Of a stretch of DNA of 64,000 nucleotides, positions 48,238-63,820 are shown in pieces. Positions within the stretch are counted from its first letter, which is position 1. Every line of letters begins with the position of its first letter. Under the pieces are notes generated by a model. The model did no database searches. It was not told the DNA's origin and saw only the letters and a list, made by a program, of their open reading frames with translations. A program made the translations under genes and the position numbers. Location of the stretch: assembly GCF_009914755.1 (NCBI RefSeq), contig NC_060930.1; one strand, given 5' to 3'. The stretch comes from the human T2T-CHM13v2.0 reference genome, Homo sapiens.

Positions 48238-48944
48238 CTGTGCAATCCCTCCTGGTGGGATCTGTGATTCCAAGGAATTGCTCCAGTTCCCAGAACCCCA
48301 CTCCCGATCACTCCTAGCTTGTATCTTCTTTACCTTAATGCCTCCCTCCCCCCATCCCTGACTTCTACGGTATTCTCCCCACCCCACCCCATAGATGGAC
48401 TTTTTCCCCGGAAGCCCACAGCCTCTGTGGCCTCATCTGAGCTGTGTCCATGCCAGCCGCAGCTGGGGCATGGCTCCTCAGCTGAGCTCAATGTCAAACC
48501 AAAGCTGGATCCATTTTATTTGGAAGAATGCCAATTAGAGTGGCTTGTCTTGCTTCTACTCCTCAACCCCTGACATTCTACAGTTCTACCCCAAACCCCC
48601 TTCCAGAGGCCTCTGGGAAGGCTGCCTCAGGGCAAACCCAAGATGGCAACAGCCTCTGGTTTGATCAGTCGAGGAGAGCTCTGCTGCATGTTTGAACAAG
48701 AAGAGCAGCTTCTATGAGATGGCTTCATAGTTCTATAATGAGGATTTTAGAAGTCTAGGAAATGGGCAAGCAGCCTGTGTCCTTGGGAACTGCCTGCTGC
48801 ACATCCAGCAAAGGGAGGTCCTTGCCATGGCCTCACTGCTTCTCCTGGAAAAGGTGGATTTGAGCCCCTCACATCCCCCCAGGTGGAACAACACAGAACT
48901 GCGGCTGCTGAGACTGGCCACAACCTCAGTCTTCTTCACGCCTA

Positions 48945-49238
48945 CTTTTTTTTGTTTTTTGAGACAGAGTCTCACTCTGTCGCTCAGGCTGGAGTGCAGA
49001 GCGCAGTGGCACAGTCTCAGCTCACTACAACCTCTGCCTCCTGGGTTCAAGGTGATTCTCCTGCCTCAGCCTCCCGAGCAACTGGGATTACAGGTGTGCC
49101 CCACCACGGACCCAGCTAATTTTTGTATTTTTAGTAGAGACAGGGTCTCACCAGGTTGACCAGGCTGGTCTCGAACTCCTGAACTCATGAAGCCCACCAA
49201 AGTGCTGGGATTACAGACATGAGCCATCGTGCCCAGTC
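48945..49238 (-). mobile_element. AluS just downstream of the ZC3H12D poly(A) site
   Basis: Reverse dimer. Confidence 0.9.
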
Positions 49239-49341
49239 TAAACCCACAATTTTTAACAGAACAGACCAATCTAGGGGAAAGCCAGTAGGAGAAACTAATA
49301 GACAATTTGACAATAAAGAATCCAGGTGTGGTAAAAAATGA

Positions 49342-49347
49342 TTTATT
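49342..49347 (-). terminator. Probable ZC3H12D poly(A) signal AATAAA
   Basis: TTTATT on + strand; downstream U/GU-rich element on - strand (TTCTTTATTGTC...). Confidence 0.65.
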
Positions 49348-49708
49348 TTTGAAGCATGGTTAACAGCTATGCAACTAGGAACATTTCATTTACCTGTCCC
49401 ATCTATGTTTTTCTGTCACAAAGACATATACTAAGACTTTGGAAAAATTCCAAAGGGGATTACACTTGAAATGTGCTGTGTTTTCACTTTTTTTTTTGTA
49501 CTTGTCTTATTCACAGTGAATCAAATAAAACAGCTTTACAGCTTACTAAAACTCAAACTTGTTCTCAAAGGAAGCAGTTTAAACATTTTCAACTGAAAAA
49601 TCAGCAACACAATGATTCTACATCAGGAAATCGAACCAGGGAGACAAAAAGCAGCTCTAATAGAAAGCGTGTCTTGTCAAAAGGTTAAAAATAAAAATAA
49701 AGGCCCGG

Positions 49709-50240
<532 letters not shown>

Positions 50241-50698
50241 CCTGCCCCCTCCTCCCCCACCAAAAAAACCCACACATATTATGAGGAAAATCCAACTTAT
50301 TTACAAAGAATGGGTCATCTTCAGGCCTGAGATCCCAATATGTTATGGTAAAATTGTGGGTGCACCGTCCTCTTTGGAAAAAGGGGGTAAGGAACAGATC
50401 TGGCTCAATCCATGCTAAGAATCTGGTTTTAAAAGATCAAAGAAGTTTCAGAGAAAAACCTAACATCACTGTATGCCCCAGGGGTGTCATTTACCATGAA
50501 TGAAAGGGCTGGGAACGCACTCTCCCTGAGGTGCCCCCCAGGCCTGCCAACATCTCATGAAATCTGGTAGTAAACTGGCAAGAGTTCCCTCTGCACCAGC
50601 AGGCTGCAGGAAGTTTGTGGGGCTGGGGGTTGGTCTTCTCTGGTCTTCCCCTGGGAAGTGCCTCCCGCTTTCCCCAAACTGCCAAGCTACCAAGCCCT

Positions 50699-50877
50699 CT
50701 AGTGAACAAATGAGCCATAGTCTGGAGGGCTGGCATGGTAACCAGAATGGGTGGATGCTGCCAGGAGAGGCCAGGGCCCCTGAGGATTCGGGGGTCGGCA
50801 CTCTGGCAGCACCATCTCACTTCTTAGCCATTGCAAATGAGTAGGCCCTTTCTCCTCAAACCCAGAGCAGTAGCTGG
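50699..50877 (-). CDS. ZC3H12D: Candidate alternative ZC3H12D terminal coding segment (ASYCSGFEEK...YGSFVH*), 321-aa isoform
   Basis: Acceptor CTTCCTGGTGCCGTTTCTTCTAG| at 50878, phase-compatible with the donor at 54333; 59-aa tail to TAG. Confidence 0.6.
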
Positions 50878-51011
50878 CTAGAAGAAACGGCACCAGGAAG
50901 GTGGCAATAAACTCTGACTGAGCTCATGTCAGTTTTCTCCTAACCCACCTGTAGATTTGAGAGCAAAAGTCCTGACTCATCCAGCCCCAGTGTAACTGTG
51001 AAGTGCGGCTG

Positions 51012-51540
<529 letters not shown>

Positions 51541-51622
51541 TAATAAAATATTGGAGATACTTAACCCTTAGCCAAACAGTATGTGTCTGTGTGGTGTGTG
51601 TGAGTATGTACATGTATGATAG

Positions 51623-51624
<2 letters not shown>

Positions 51625-51672
<48 letters not shown>
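51625..51672. repeat. (TG)24 microsatellite ((CA)n in ZC3H12D mRNA)
   Basis: Perfect dinucleotide run. Confidence 0.96.
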
Positions 51673-51676
<4 letters not shown>

Positions 51677-52379
51677 TGTGGTGGGGGTATGTGTGTGAAG
51701 GCCCCAGAAGGTGGCCCTGGGACAAAGCGCTCCTACCACTTGTCCCCAGCATAGGACAGCCACACAATTCAGAGCACAGGAGAGCCCACACCTGGAGGCT
51801 GGGCTGCCCTTGCGGGTGGGGTTAGCAATAGCTAACATGAAAACTTCCAGATAGCAAACCTCCCCTGGCCACCTGACTACATATTTCAAACATTACCTGA
51901 AGCAATGAAATTCAAGAGCATTCACAGTCTTTTTTAAACTTCTGACTACGACCCACATTGAGGTTAGTTACATGGCTGCCAAGGGGGTGGGGACACAGGA
52001 TAGGTAACAAGAGTTCAGACTCAGCCTGATGGCACAGGGTGCGCTTTGCCCTGTCCCAGTCCACTGTGTTTGTGGTGGTGACCCACTAAATTGATTTTGT
52101 GACCCACTTGTGGGTTCTACTGCAGCTTGGACCCGCAGTCTCCGTGCACATGGAAAATCATTCCCTCCACGGAAGTGGGTGGACCTCCCCGCAGCAGGCC
52201 CCGGCCTCAGTGAGGATCACCAAGTGCCACCAGGCCCCCACAACCCCGCTCAGGAGGAGGAAGCAGGCTTCCCTGACCATCTTTAAAGAAAAGGGGGCAC
52301 CATGATGGGCCCACTCAGGTCCAGGCTGGCAACCACAGGTCCACCCGTCCAAGACGCAAGGCGAGGCTGGGCCATTCCC

Positions 52380-53700
52380 TGCAAGTGCGTGTTGGTCCCT
52401 TAGGGCTTGCCCAGGGGCGCCCCCGCGCTCTGGCATCTCTGTACCAGGAGGATGAGCCTGGCGAGGTCTGAGAGCTCCGGGAACGCGGCCATCACGCGGT
52501 CCACCTGGTCACGCGGGAAGACGCTGTAGAGCGCGATGCGAGCCCGGGCGCGCGCGTCCCCCTCGTCGTCCTCGGTCGCGTACACTGAAAGTCCCCCAGT
52601 GGCGCCGTCGCCCCAGGCCGGCTCCGCCCAGACGGAGCGCCCAGGGAAGCGGTCGGAGCGGGGTGGACGGGCCCACGGGTCGTCGGGTGGCCTGCGCGGG
52701 GAAAGCAAGTCGCCGTGCAGGTCCCTAGGGCGGTGTTCGCCCCGCGGCTGGAGCTGCAGGCCGGGCGGAGGCGGGAGGTCGCCCGGGGAGAACTGGCTCT
52801 CCGGGCTAGGGAGGCTGAGCGGGCCTGGCACCCGGCCGCCCGCGGACACCCAGTCGGGCCCGCCCAGTCGGGGCGTGAGGCTGCAGGCGGGGACCGGGAG
52901 AGGCGGCCCCAGGGGCCCCAGGTCGTCGCTGAAGGCCAGCCGAGAGAAGCTCCCTCGCAGGGCGGCCAGGTCCGGGGACCCCCGCGCCGGCGGGAGGCTG
53001 TGCGCAAATGGTTCCCGGGGGGCCGCCCGGGCTCCTGCGGAGCCGCCCGGGGCTCTCGGTGGCCGCTGCTCCTCGGCGCCCGCGCCAGGCCGGGCCCCTG
53101 TCTTGGCGCGGAGCTCGTCGGCCACCGCCAGTTGCGCGTGGTGCGGCCTCTCCGGGTGGTAGAACTTGCACTTGATGCCATAGGTGCATTTCTTGCCTGA
53201 AAGGGGCGGGGGCAGAGAGGGCGCGGCGTGAGGCCCGGGGGCGCGGAGGGGCGGTGGTTCCTGGTGCATCCGGGGAGTGCCGGCCCGCGGCCTCTCCGTG
53301 GAGATTCCTCCAAGCAGGCCCCCAGGCCGCCGCGGACTCCTCAGACTCAGCGCCCTGGAAACGCCTCAAGATCTGGGCGCGGGGCCGAGGTGGGGAGAAG
53401 TGCCCGGGAGGCGCGGGCGGCCTGGGTGAGGGGGCGCTGAGCACACTCATCCCAGGGTATGCAGAGGAGTGTCGTTCCCAGGTCCCTTTGACCAGGGACT
53501 AAGACCAAATCTCTGGATTCAAAGACTTTCAGCCTCCAATTGCCCAGGGACCCTGTGGATAGGGCCAGGCTTAGGGAGCGGGCGGTAGGGAGTGGGTGCT
53601 CGGGGCATAGGACTGCGCCTGCAGTGCCGCCTCAGTTCCCACCGTTCTCCGTGTTCGCTGTGCTAACGCTTGCCCTCACCCTGCACGCTGTTCTAACAGA
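52380..53700. promoter_or_regulatory. Intragenic CpG island over the ZC3H12D last exon and 3' splice site
   Basis: Very dense CpG and GC content relative to flanks. Confidence 0.85.
52400..53196 (-). CDS. ZC3H12D: ZC3H12D last coding exon: rest of CCCH finger ([14 protein letters not shown]), Pro-rich region, C-terminal Regnase domain ([19 protein letters not shown])
   Basis: TTTCAG|GC acceptor at 53197; 797 nt, ends TAA; exon lengths sum to the recalled 527 aa if exon 63560-63699 starts within S102. Confidence 0.96.
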
Positions 53701-54332
53701 GTCGTGAACAAATGGTCAAGTGTTACTATCCAAACCCAAGGCTTCTGAGAGTGAAAGGGGGAAGGAGGAGTCAGCCTGAATGTATGTATGGTCACCTAAT
53801 TCTAACAAGAAATGATTGACTGTCACCCAAGTCTTTACTGAACTTGGAAACATCAAATAACTTGACGAAGCAAGTCAGTGAAAGAGCTGGCTAGAAGGCT
53901 GGCATCCCCCAGGGTGCTGGGATAAAATTCTTAACTCTTCATGGATAGCAGTGACCAAAGTCCATAGGGTGGAGGGGTGGAGAGCAGGGTAGGGTGAGGA
54001 CAGAAGCTGCCAGGGGCCAGGTGAAGGGACTGAGACCCGCAGCTGGGTTTGTGTCCAGGCTCCCGGCTTCTCAGACACAGCTTTGCTGTGTGCATGACCC
54101 CTGCATCCGACCCTGGCATGGGATCCTGGCTCCCATGAAATCACCGGCCAGGATGTCAGTTCTACAATAACCCTGTCAGGAAAGTTAACTCTCCAGGTAG
54201 CACAGCTGGAGGGCAGAACTTGGGCAAGAGCCCAGGCCGCTGAGCACCAGGCCAGCGCTTTTTGACTGTGCTCCTGTACTGCCCCCACACAAGGCCCTGA
54301 ACAGGGCCTGCGAAGCACTGGGCCCTACCCAC

Positions 54333-54439
54333 CATAAGGACAATGCTGCCAGGATGGCTCTGGGGGCTTCGGCTTCCTGCTCAGGAAGTTGCTCAGGGAG
54401 GGTCCATGGCGGCCCAGGGGGTCATCAGGCGGCATGAAC
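54333..54439 (-). CDS. ZC3H12D: ZC3H12D coding exon (107 nt): [37 protein letters not shown]
   Basis: TTTTCCAG|G acceptor, TATG|gtgggt donor; conserved Regnase [13 protein letters not shown] motif. Confidence 0.97.
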
Positions 54440-54717
54440 CTGGAAAATAAGCACAGGGGCAACTGCAAGACCACCTGGGATTTGCCACCAGCACCTGTAC
54501 AAAGGGAGCAGGCCCAAGTTCCCCAAGAACACCAGGAAGCATTCGGCCCCGGGCCCACCATCACCCAGCAGGATGTCACAGCATCTTAAAGCAAAACCTT
54601 CCCTTCACACTGAACCCCATGCAGAGCACACAGCACAGCTCTGGCCCTCTTTGGGTGTTTCTCCTGTTGTGGTTCAAGCCAGCAGTGTCAGAATCACCTA
54701 GCAACTTAAAAATGCAG

Positions 54718-55610
<893 letters not shown>

Positions 55611-57469
55611 CAGTTCCAGAAGGTTTCAGAGTTGTATGAGCTCCTTGAGGCTTAGGTCCCATTTCTCCTGTGTTTCACCCCGTGCCAAACACAGCTCTGG
55701 GCTGTGAACCTCCAGGCGAAGAGATTCAATAGGAACAGGGAGTTTGAATCAGTGAGGAAGTGGATCCCAGGTGCTGCCTGCACATACAGCCACCTCGCAG
55801 ACTTAACCTCCTCCTCTGCGCACCCTGGGGGCACAGGGTCTGGTCTCAGTTTCCTTGGCTGCCCTGCCCCTGATCTGCCCTTCTCTCCTCCCTGGCATGG
55901 AGCCCTAATGAGGAAGGGAATGCATGCTCAGAGTTCAACAGGGAAAACCCAATTCCTCAGAAGGAAAACGCCCCTCGCTGAGTGAGGTCCACTTTTTACA
56001 TAAATACTTTTGTTCCCAAGGCCACTTCCAGGTCATACAAAGGTTCTGTAGAGAGGTTGGGATTGTAAATCAAGGAGAAGATGTTTTATGGGTTGCTGTC
56101 CCCCTAAGAATCCAGAGTCATGCTGAAGTCCCACTCTGCAGAGAGCTGGGTGATCCCCGGCCCTGTGTGGCCTCCATAGCTCAGCTCCCAGCTGCACAGC
56201 CGGCTTCTCAGAATTGGGCCTTGACCAAGAATCTGGGGAACCGCCCACTGTGGTTATTAAACGTTCCCAAAGACTTCCTCTCCTGCTCTCTCAGGAGCAG
56301 GAGCTGTGCCAAGAGGGCCCTGTGGACGTGCCCGGGGCACCAGGGCAGGCGCCCTCGCTCACAAGCGGGCGGCAGGTCCTGCCTCCTGGCAGGCCCTTAA
56401 CGGAGGCCAGTGCGTCAAAAGGACTTGGCTCCCGCCCCAGGCTGTCATCAGGCCAGAGATGGCCATGTCCCTGAGAGCTCAGTGAGGATTTCTGGAGCCC
56501 ATAGTTACCAGACTAGCCAGATTCCTCCAGGCTACAGACGGACAGTGAGAGCCGCTGGCCTTTTGTAGCTGGAAATGACAATGGGGGCTCCTGCAGGGCG
56601 CTGCTGCCATGCCTCTGGCCCTCCACCTCCACGGCTGCAGGGGCAGTTGGCCTTGGGGACCACAGTACCCCCTGCTGCACCATGTCCTGGGAATAGCTGC
56701 TACCACTTCTGGGGCACAATTCTCTCTAGTCCTCACAATGATCTCAGAGGTGACATTATTAATCCCTTTTCAAGGTGAAGAACATTCAGCTCAGAGAGGT
56801 TGAGTGGTTCCCCCTTGACTCCCAGCCAGTAAGTGGCAGGGCCTCAGATGGAAACCTCACCTGCCCTCTCCAAAGCCCCAGCCCTTTCTCAAACACCACA
56901 CTGTGTCCCTGGGTCCAGAGTCAGCAGCTGCTCAGCCGTGTGCAAGCAGCCTAAGCCCAGACCTCTTTCCCCATCGACCCTTCCCCAGCCATAGCCATTC
57001 ACTCGGTCATTCCTTTACAACTAGTTACTGCACCCCTGTGGGCCAGGCGTGCTGGAGACACCGCACGTAAGACAGATACAGTCCCGGCCCTCACAGAGCT
57101 GAGGAGTTTGTCTAAAACCACGTTCCAAAAAGTCAGTCAGAGAGCCCAGAATGAGGGCCAAGCTAACACTGCCTGGAACAGAAATGGAAATGGGAGCAAC
57201 AGCCCAGCTGGCTGTGCTCTGTCACACGCTGCTCGGGTCTCCAGACCCTCATCCACCTTGCCAGTGTCTGCCCTCACCATTAGCTGAGTGGTTTGTGCCT
57301 GTGGCCCTGTGGCCCTCTCTGCCTCCAGCCATAGCCGGTTGGTCTGGGATGAACTGACCCAAGAGGCCTATTTCAGGGCTACATGAACCAGCCAGGTTCT
57401 CTTGAACATTTCAACCCAGAGTCAGGGCCAGGCAGGGGGAGATATTTACAGCCCAGAAGAAAAGATTCT

Positions 57470-58114
<645 letters not shown>

Positions 58115-58199
58115 CTAAACACATGCTTGCATGCTTGGCCCACCTCTTGGGCTTCTCTGTGGTGTGTCAGATGTGGCCCTGGGAACAGCAAGGTCAGAG

Positions 58200-58850
58200 C
58201 AAAGCAGCCCACCTATTGGGGACGTGCCCGCCGAGAATGCGGACCTGGGGGAGCTCTGTCTGAGGGGCTGGGTGACCGGGTGACCCCAAGCTCCTCCACC
58301 TGGTAGCAGGCGTGGCCACTGCCTCGACCCCGGCCCCCCGCCCCGCCGCCCCCCAGGGTGTCAGGACCCCAGCCGGACCTACCGGTCGTTGACGAAGGAG
58401 AACATGAGCAGCCTCTGCTCGATGAACCACTTCCACTCGGGGTTCTCGCTCTGCAGGTCCCGGTAGTTGTCGTTGGAGACGATGACGCCGTCCTGCTCGT
58501 AGGCCACCTTCACGATGTAGCGGTCGTCGTAGCAGACCAGGCGCTTGCCGTGCACCTTGCGGGACGGCGTGTACACCAGCACCGCCTGCCGCTCCAGCTC
58601 CGCCAGCACGTGCTGCTCTGAGGGCGGGGCGACGGAGACGCGGGTGAGGGCCCAAGGGCACCGCCCCTGAGAACCACCCCCAACGCGAGGCCACCCGCTT
58701 CCCGGGCCGGTCAGATGAGGTTTTGAGGGGAGCGGGGAAAAAACACCAGTTTTTGCCGCCATAGCGTTCGCTCCTTTCACTCGATTTCACTGAATTTGCC
58801 TGAAGCCCCAGGTCAAGCAGGCAGGCGCGTGGCTTCCGTCCTGCCCACAT
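58200..58850. promoter_or_regulatory. CpG island over the ZC3H12D PIN exon
   Basis: High CpG density in the exon and both intron flanks. Confidence 0.7.
58383..58617 (-). CDS. ZC3H12D: ZC3H12D coding exon (235 nt), PIN/NYN RNase core: [79 protein letters not shown]
   Basis: CCTCAG|AG acceptor, GACCG|gtagg donor; catalytic YDD and SND..RD acidic residues of Regnase PIN domains. Confidence 0.98.
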
Positions 58851-59699
58851 CATGACAGGAGTCCAGAAAGCGATACTCTACAAGGGAGAGTCACTTCAGA
58901 AGGAAGGGTTCAGCCACAGCCCTTGTCCTTTTGAGGGTTCCATGCCACAATGCCCCTATCGCAGCAGGCACAGGGGCCTCCTGGAGAAAGACATTCCTGT
59001 ATTAACCCGGACCTTGATGATGCCTTCAGCATGACGGGGAGCCTGGCATTCACCTGGAAAGCCCTGCATGGGCCCCTAGCTGGGAGCCAGAGGTCCATCT
59101 TCTCCCACCATCCAGGAACCTGCCTGGGACACCTTTGGGATGGAGCACCCCATCACTGACAGATACAGGGACTCAAGAACATCATAGAAAGCATCCAGGA
59201 CTAGGAATCCAGCCTGGAGTCTGGGCCGGGCTCCAGTTCCTGGGTACTTCACCCCGGTTGAATGTCCATCCAGTTTTATATTTATAAAATGAAGATAGCA
59301 ACGCCTCCTCTTCCTGTCTCAGAGTGTCTGTGAGTGGACTGAGCTCAAGTGAGTGCGAGTTCTTGCAAAAACTAGTCAAGAGGTAAACATGGACCAGATG
59401 GTACAAACATTACAAGGCCTTTCTTATCAGAGGCTAAAATCTGCATCCCAGGAGGGTCAGCTGTTTGATCTGAATTTTGCCTTTGGAGACATGCAGGAAA
59501 AAAAAAATCCGTTTGACACATAATAATTACTCAGGTCCCTCAAGTTTAAGTCCTTTCCCATATGACACTGTTGGCTGATTTTTAAAACGTGCATAATGCA
59601 GCTATGGTACAAAGAACAAAAATAAAGACGCCACATATCTAGCATCTCCTTTGAGAAATAGGAGGTGGCTCATGTTTGGAAGTCCCCTCTGCCCCCTCA

Positions 59700-60930
59700 G
59701 TCTGCGATCCTCTCCATTCCCCTTAAGCCCTTAGGACAACCCTAGTTTTAGAACTCCGTGTTTATAATTTCCTTGCTTTTATTTTTAAAAATGCAGATTA
59801 TGAGAATCATTTTCTTTCTTTCTTTTTCTTTTTTTTTTTTTTCGTTTCTTTTTTTTTTTTTTTTTTTTTTTTTGAGACAAGATCTCACTATGTCACCCAG
59901 GCTGGAGTGCAGTAGCACAATCATGGCTCACTGCTGCTTCTACCCTCCAGGCTCAGGTGATCCTCTTACCTCAGCCTTCCGTGCAGCTAGGACTACAGGC
60001 ATGCACCACCACGCTCAGCTAATTTTTTTATTTTTTGTAAAGATGGGAATTCGCCATGTTGCCCAAGCTGGTCTCAAACTTCTAGACTCAAGCCTCCACC
60101 CACCTCAACCTCCCAAAGTGCTGGGATTACAGGCGTGAGTCACCATGCCCCACTGAGGATCATTTTCAGTGTGGTTACACATCAGACTTGACACAAATGG
60201 AATCATACTATACATATACTTAAGCAGCTTGTCTTTTTCGTTCATCATCGTGTTTGCGAGGTTTGGTTGTGCCATATGTTCATCACTATTAGTCCTGCAT
60301 CTAAGTCCCCGGCACAGAAGAGGCAAGGACCTCTTCAGGGTATATCTCCAAGAGTGAATATGGCTGAGCTGTATGGAAGGCACTTTACAAGGTAATGCCA
60401 AATTGTTTTCCAGAGTGGCGATGCCAAGTTACATACCCAACACAGCACATAAGACAACCTTGCCGATACTTGGCATTTTCAGGCTTTTGGATGTTTGCCA
60501 ATCTGGTGGGCACAAAATGGCCTCCTATTGTGGTTTTATTTTGCATTTCTCTGGTTGCTAATGAGATTGAGCATCTTTTCATATGTTTGTATGTTTATAT
60601 GGCCATATATGTTTTCTTTTCTGTAAACAGCTTATTCATGCTTTAGCCCATCTTTCTGTTGATTCATTGTCTTTGTCTCATTGATTTGGAGAAGTTCTCT
60701 CAAGATCTAGGCAGTAATCCTTCATCAGTAATGTGTGATGTGTAACCCGCCCCCACACCCTCACCCCAGTTTGAGACTTGTCTTTCCACTTTTTTGTTTT
60801 TGTGGTATCTGTTAATGAATAAAAGCTTTTATTTTAGTATAGTCAAATGTATTCATCTTTCTTCATAAGTTTGCACTTGTGGCTTATTTAAAAATTCCGT
60901 CCCTATCCCAAAGTAATTTCTCTACTTTTC
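59700..60930 (-). mobile_element. Old L1 (L1ME-like) 3' fragment interrupted by AluJ (~59810-60152)
   Basis: MKRCSISLATREMQNKTT L1 ORF2 C-terminal peptide; reverse Alu. Confidence 0.75.
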
Positions 60931-61646
60931 CCACATTATATTTAAGTATTACACTACTGTTGAAATTCACCATTCTTCACATTCAGACCATAAAGAATAA
61001 TTCAGGACAACCAGTTCATGACAGGGAACTGAACACAAGTATTTATATTCCCTCCTTCTCATAGTTCCAATGTAATGAAAGGTGGAGGGAGATCTATAAT
61101 CATGTTAAAAGTAGGTTTGGGGACAGCAGCAAACCCAGGATTTTGACATACTTTGGGAAGACAGAAAGCAGAGAGGATTGTATTGATTGTGCAGCATGGA
61201 GGGAACCACAGCCCAGAATATGCGCAGAAGGCTGGAGTGGAGGTGGGAGCCATTGCCCTGCAGTCTTGGAGCACTCCTGGTGGTGGAGATGGAGTGGAAG
61301 TCGGGCAAAATCGGGATGACTAACTAACAGGTGAGCTGAGCTACTCCCTGGCAGCTGCTCCCAGGAGAATGGACCTCCACTCATTTCCCATCCCTATCCC
61401 TATAAAGAAAGTGAAGCTACAACTAGGAAGGAAGAAGCCTCCCATTGTGGCTGTTGACCTCCTAGAATAAAACCATCATCATTCTGCCATTGGAATAAGT
61501 GGTGGGCAGAGGCGCCAGGCTGCCTGCCTGCTCCATGCCAGGTATACTAAAGTGAAAACTGCCAGTCAACACAAATGGTCCACACTGCCATTCAGGGAGA
61601 AGTTTTCATACTAGGAGAGAAAACCCATGGCAACTGCGCAGATATA

Positions 61647-62084
61647 CAGTCATGCACTGCATAACAATGATTCAGACCACGTGTGTGACAGTGGTCCCAT
61701 AAGACTATAACAGAGTTGAAAAATTCCTATCATCATAGCCATCCTAACCTTGTAGTGTGACATGTGACTCACGTGCCTGAGGTGATGCTGGTGGAAACAC
61801 TCTTCTGTGCTGCCAGTTGTGTAAAAGTCTAGCACGTACAATTATGTACAGCACATAACACTTGATCATAATAATAAAGAGCTTTGCAGCTGCTCTCTTC
61901 TCACAGGTGAGCATCCCTAATCCAAAAATCCGACCAACATGATGTTCAAAGCAAATACTCATTGGAGCATTTCAGATTTGGGATTTTTGGATTAGGAATG
62001 CTCAGCCAGTAAGCATAATGAAAATATTCAGAAATCCAAAACACTTCGGCTCCCAAGTATTTCAGATAAGGGATACTCAACCTG
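61647..62084 (+). mobile_element. Two Tigger-family MITEs: MER47A-like (61647-~61880) and Tigger4a/Zombi-like (61904-62084)
   Basis: TA|CAGTCATGC start; caggtgagcatccctaatcc...agggatactcaacctg|TA termini. Confidence 0.75.
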
Positions 62085-62137
62085 TATAAGAAGCCAAACA
62101 ACAAACAAGACCCTGTTTGTTTAAACCACAGTGTTCT

Positions 62138-63137
<1,000 letters not shown>

Positions 63138-63559
63138 TTAGATGAAGTACTTGGTAAGTAAGTATTACCTGACCAAATAAATGTCTCTTTCAAATCCTAT
63201 AAACTATTAGAAGTGGAATACAGATCCAGTGTCTCTTCGGGTGTTAAAAGTTGTCAGGCACAATTATTTTGATAACTTAACACACCAAAAGAGTAGTTTG
63301 TTCATTCATCTACTCAACAACTGCTTATTGAACGCCTAATTTTGAACTACTTGTTGAATACCAGGTGTTACGCTAGGTGCTAGGTGCTAGAGCTATGGCA
63401 TTGAACAGTCATAATCAGTGCCTTCATGGAGCTTATAGCACAGTGAGGAAGACAAATATCATTAAACAAACAACTAAGTAGATATTTGACTATCGATGTT
63501 GGAAGTGCACCAAGGAAACGTGTCTAGTACCTCTTGAGCATACATCTGCTCCAGCATAC

Positions 63560-63699
63560 CTCTGATAGGGGTGTCAGCTCTTGGTGGGTCCTTCCTCCAG
63601 GATGGAACAAAAACTTTGATGTAGGTGTGTCCTCTGTCCCTGAACCAGTCAACAGCCAGCTTGATTCCCCGGCAAGAGAAGGTTTCTTTATTTCCATGG
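63560..63699 (-). CDS. ZC3H12D: ZC3H12D coding exon (140 nt): [47 protein letters not shown](E)
   Basis: TTGTAG|C acceptor at 63700, AGAG|gtatgc donor; Regnase PIN N-terminal half; gene continues beyond the window. Confidence 0.97.
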
Positions 63700-63820
63700 C
63701 TACAATGGGAAAACAAAGAAATCATAGAGACACAGCAAGTGTTCCTAAGAGTGATTTCCCTGCGAATATCCTGGATCACAGTCTCATAATCAAGAGGGAA
63801 CCAGGAAAATCTACGTTTTA

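Noticed and set aside
52492-53450. Overlapping 161-273 aa ORFs in alternative frames and on the + strand
   Set aside because: Expected in very GC-rich coding DNA; low-complexity Arg/Pro/Gly/Ala products without motifs
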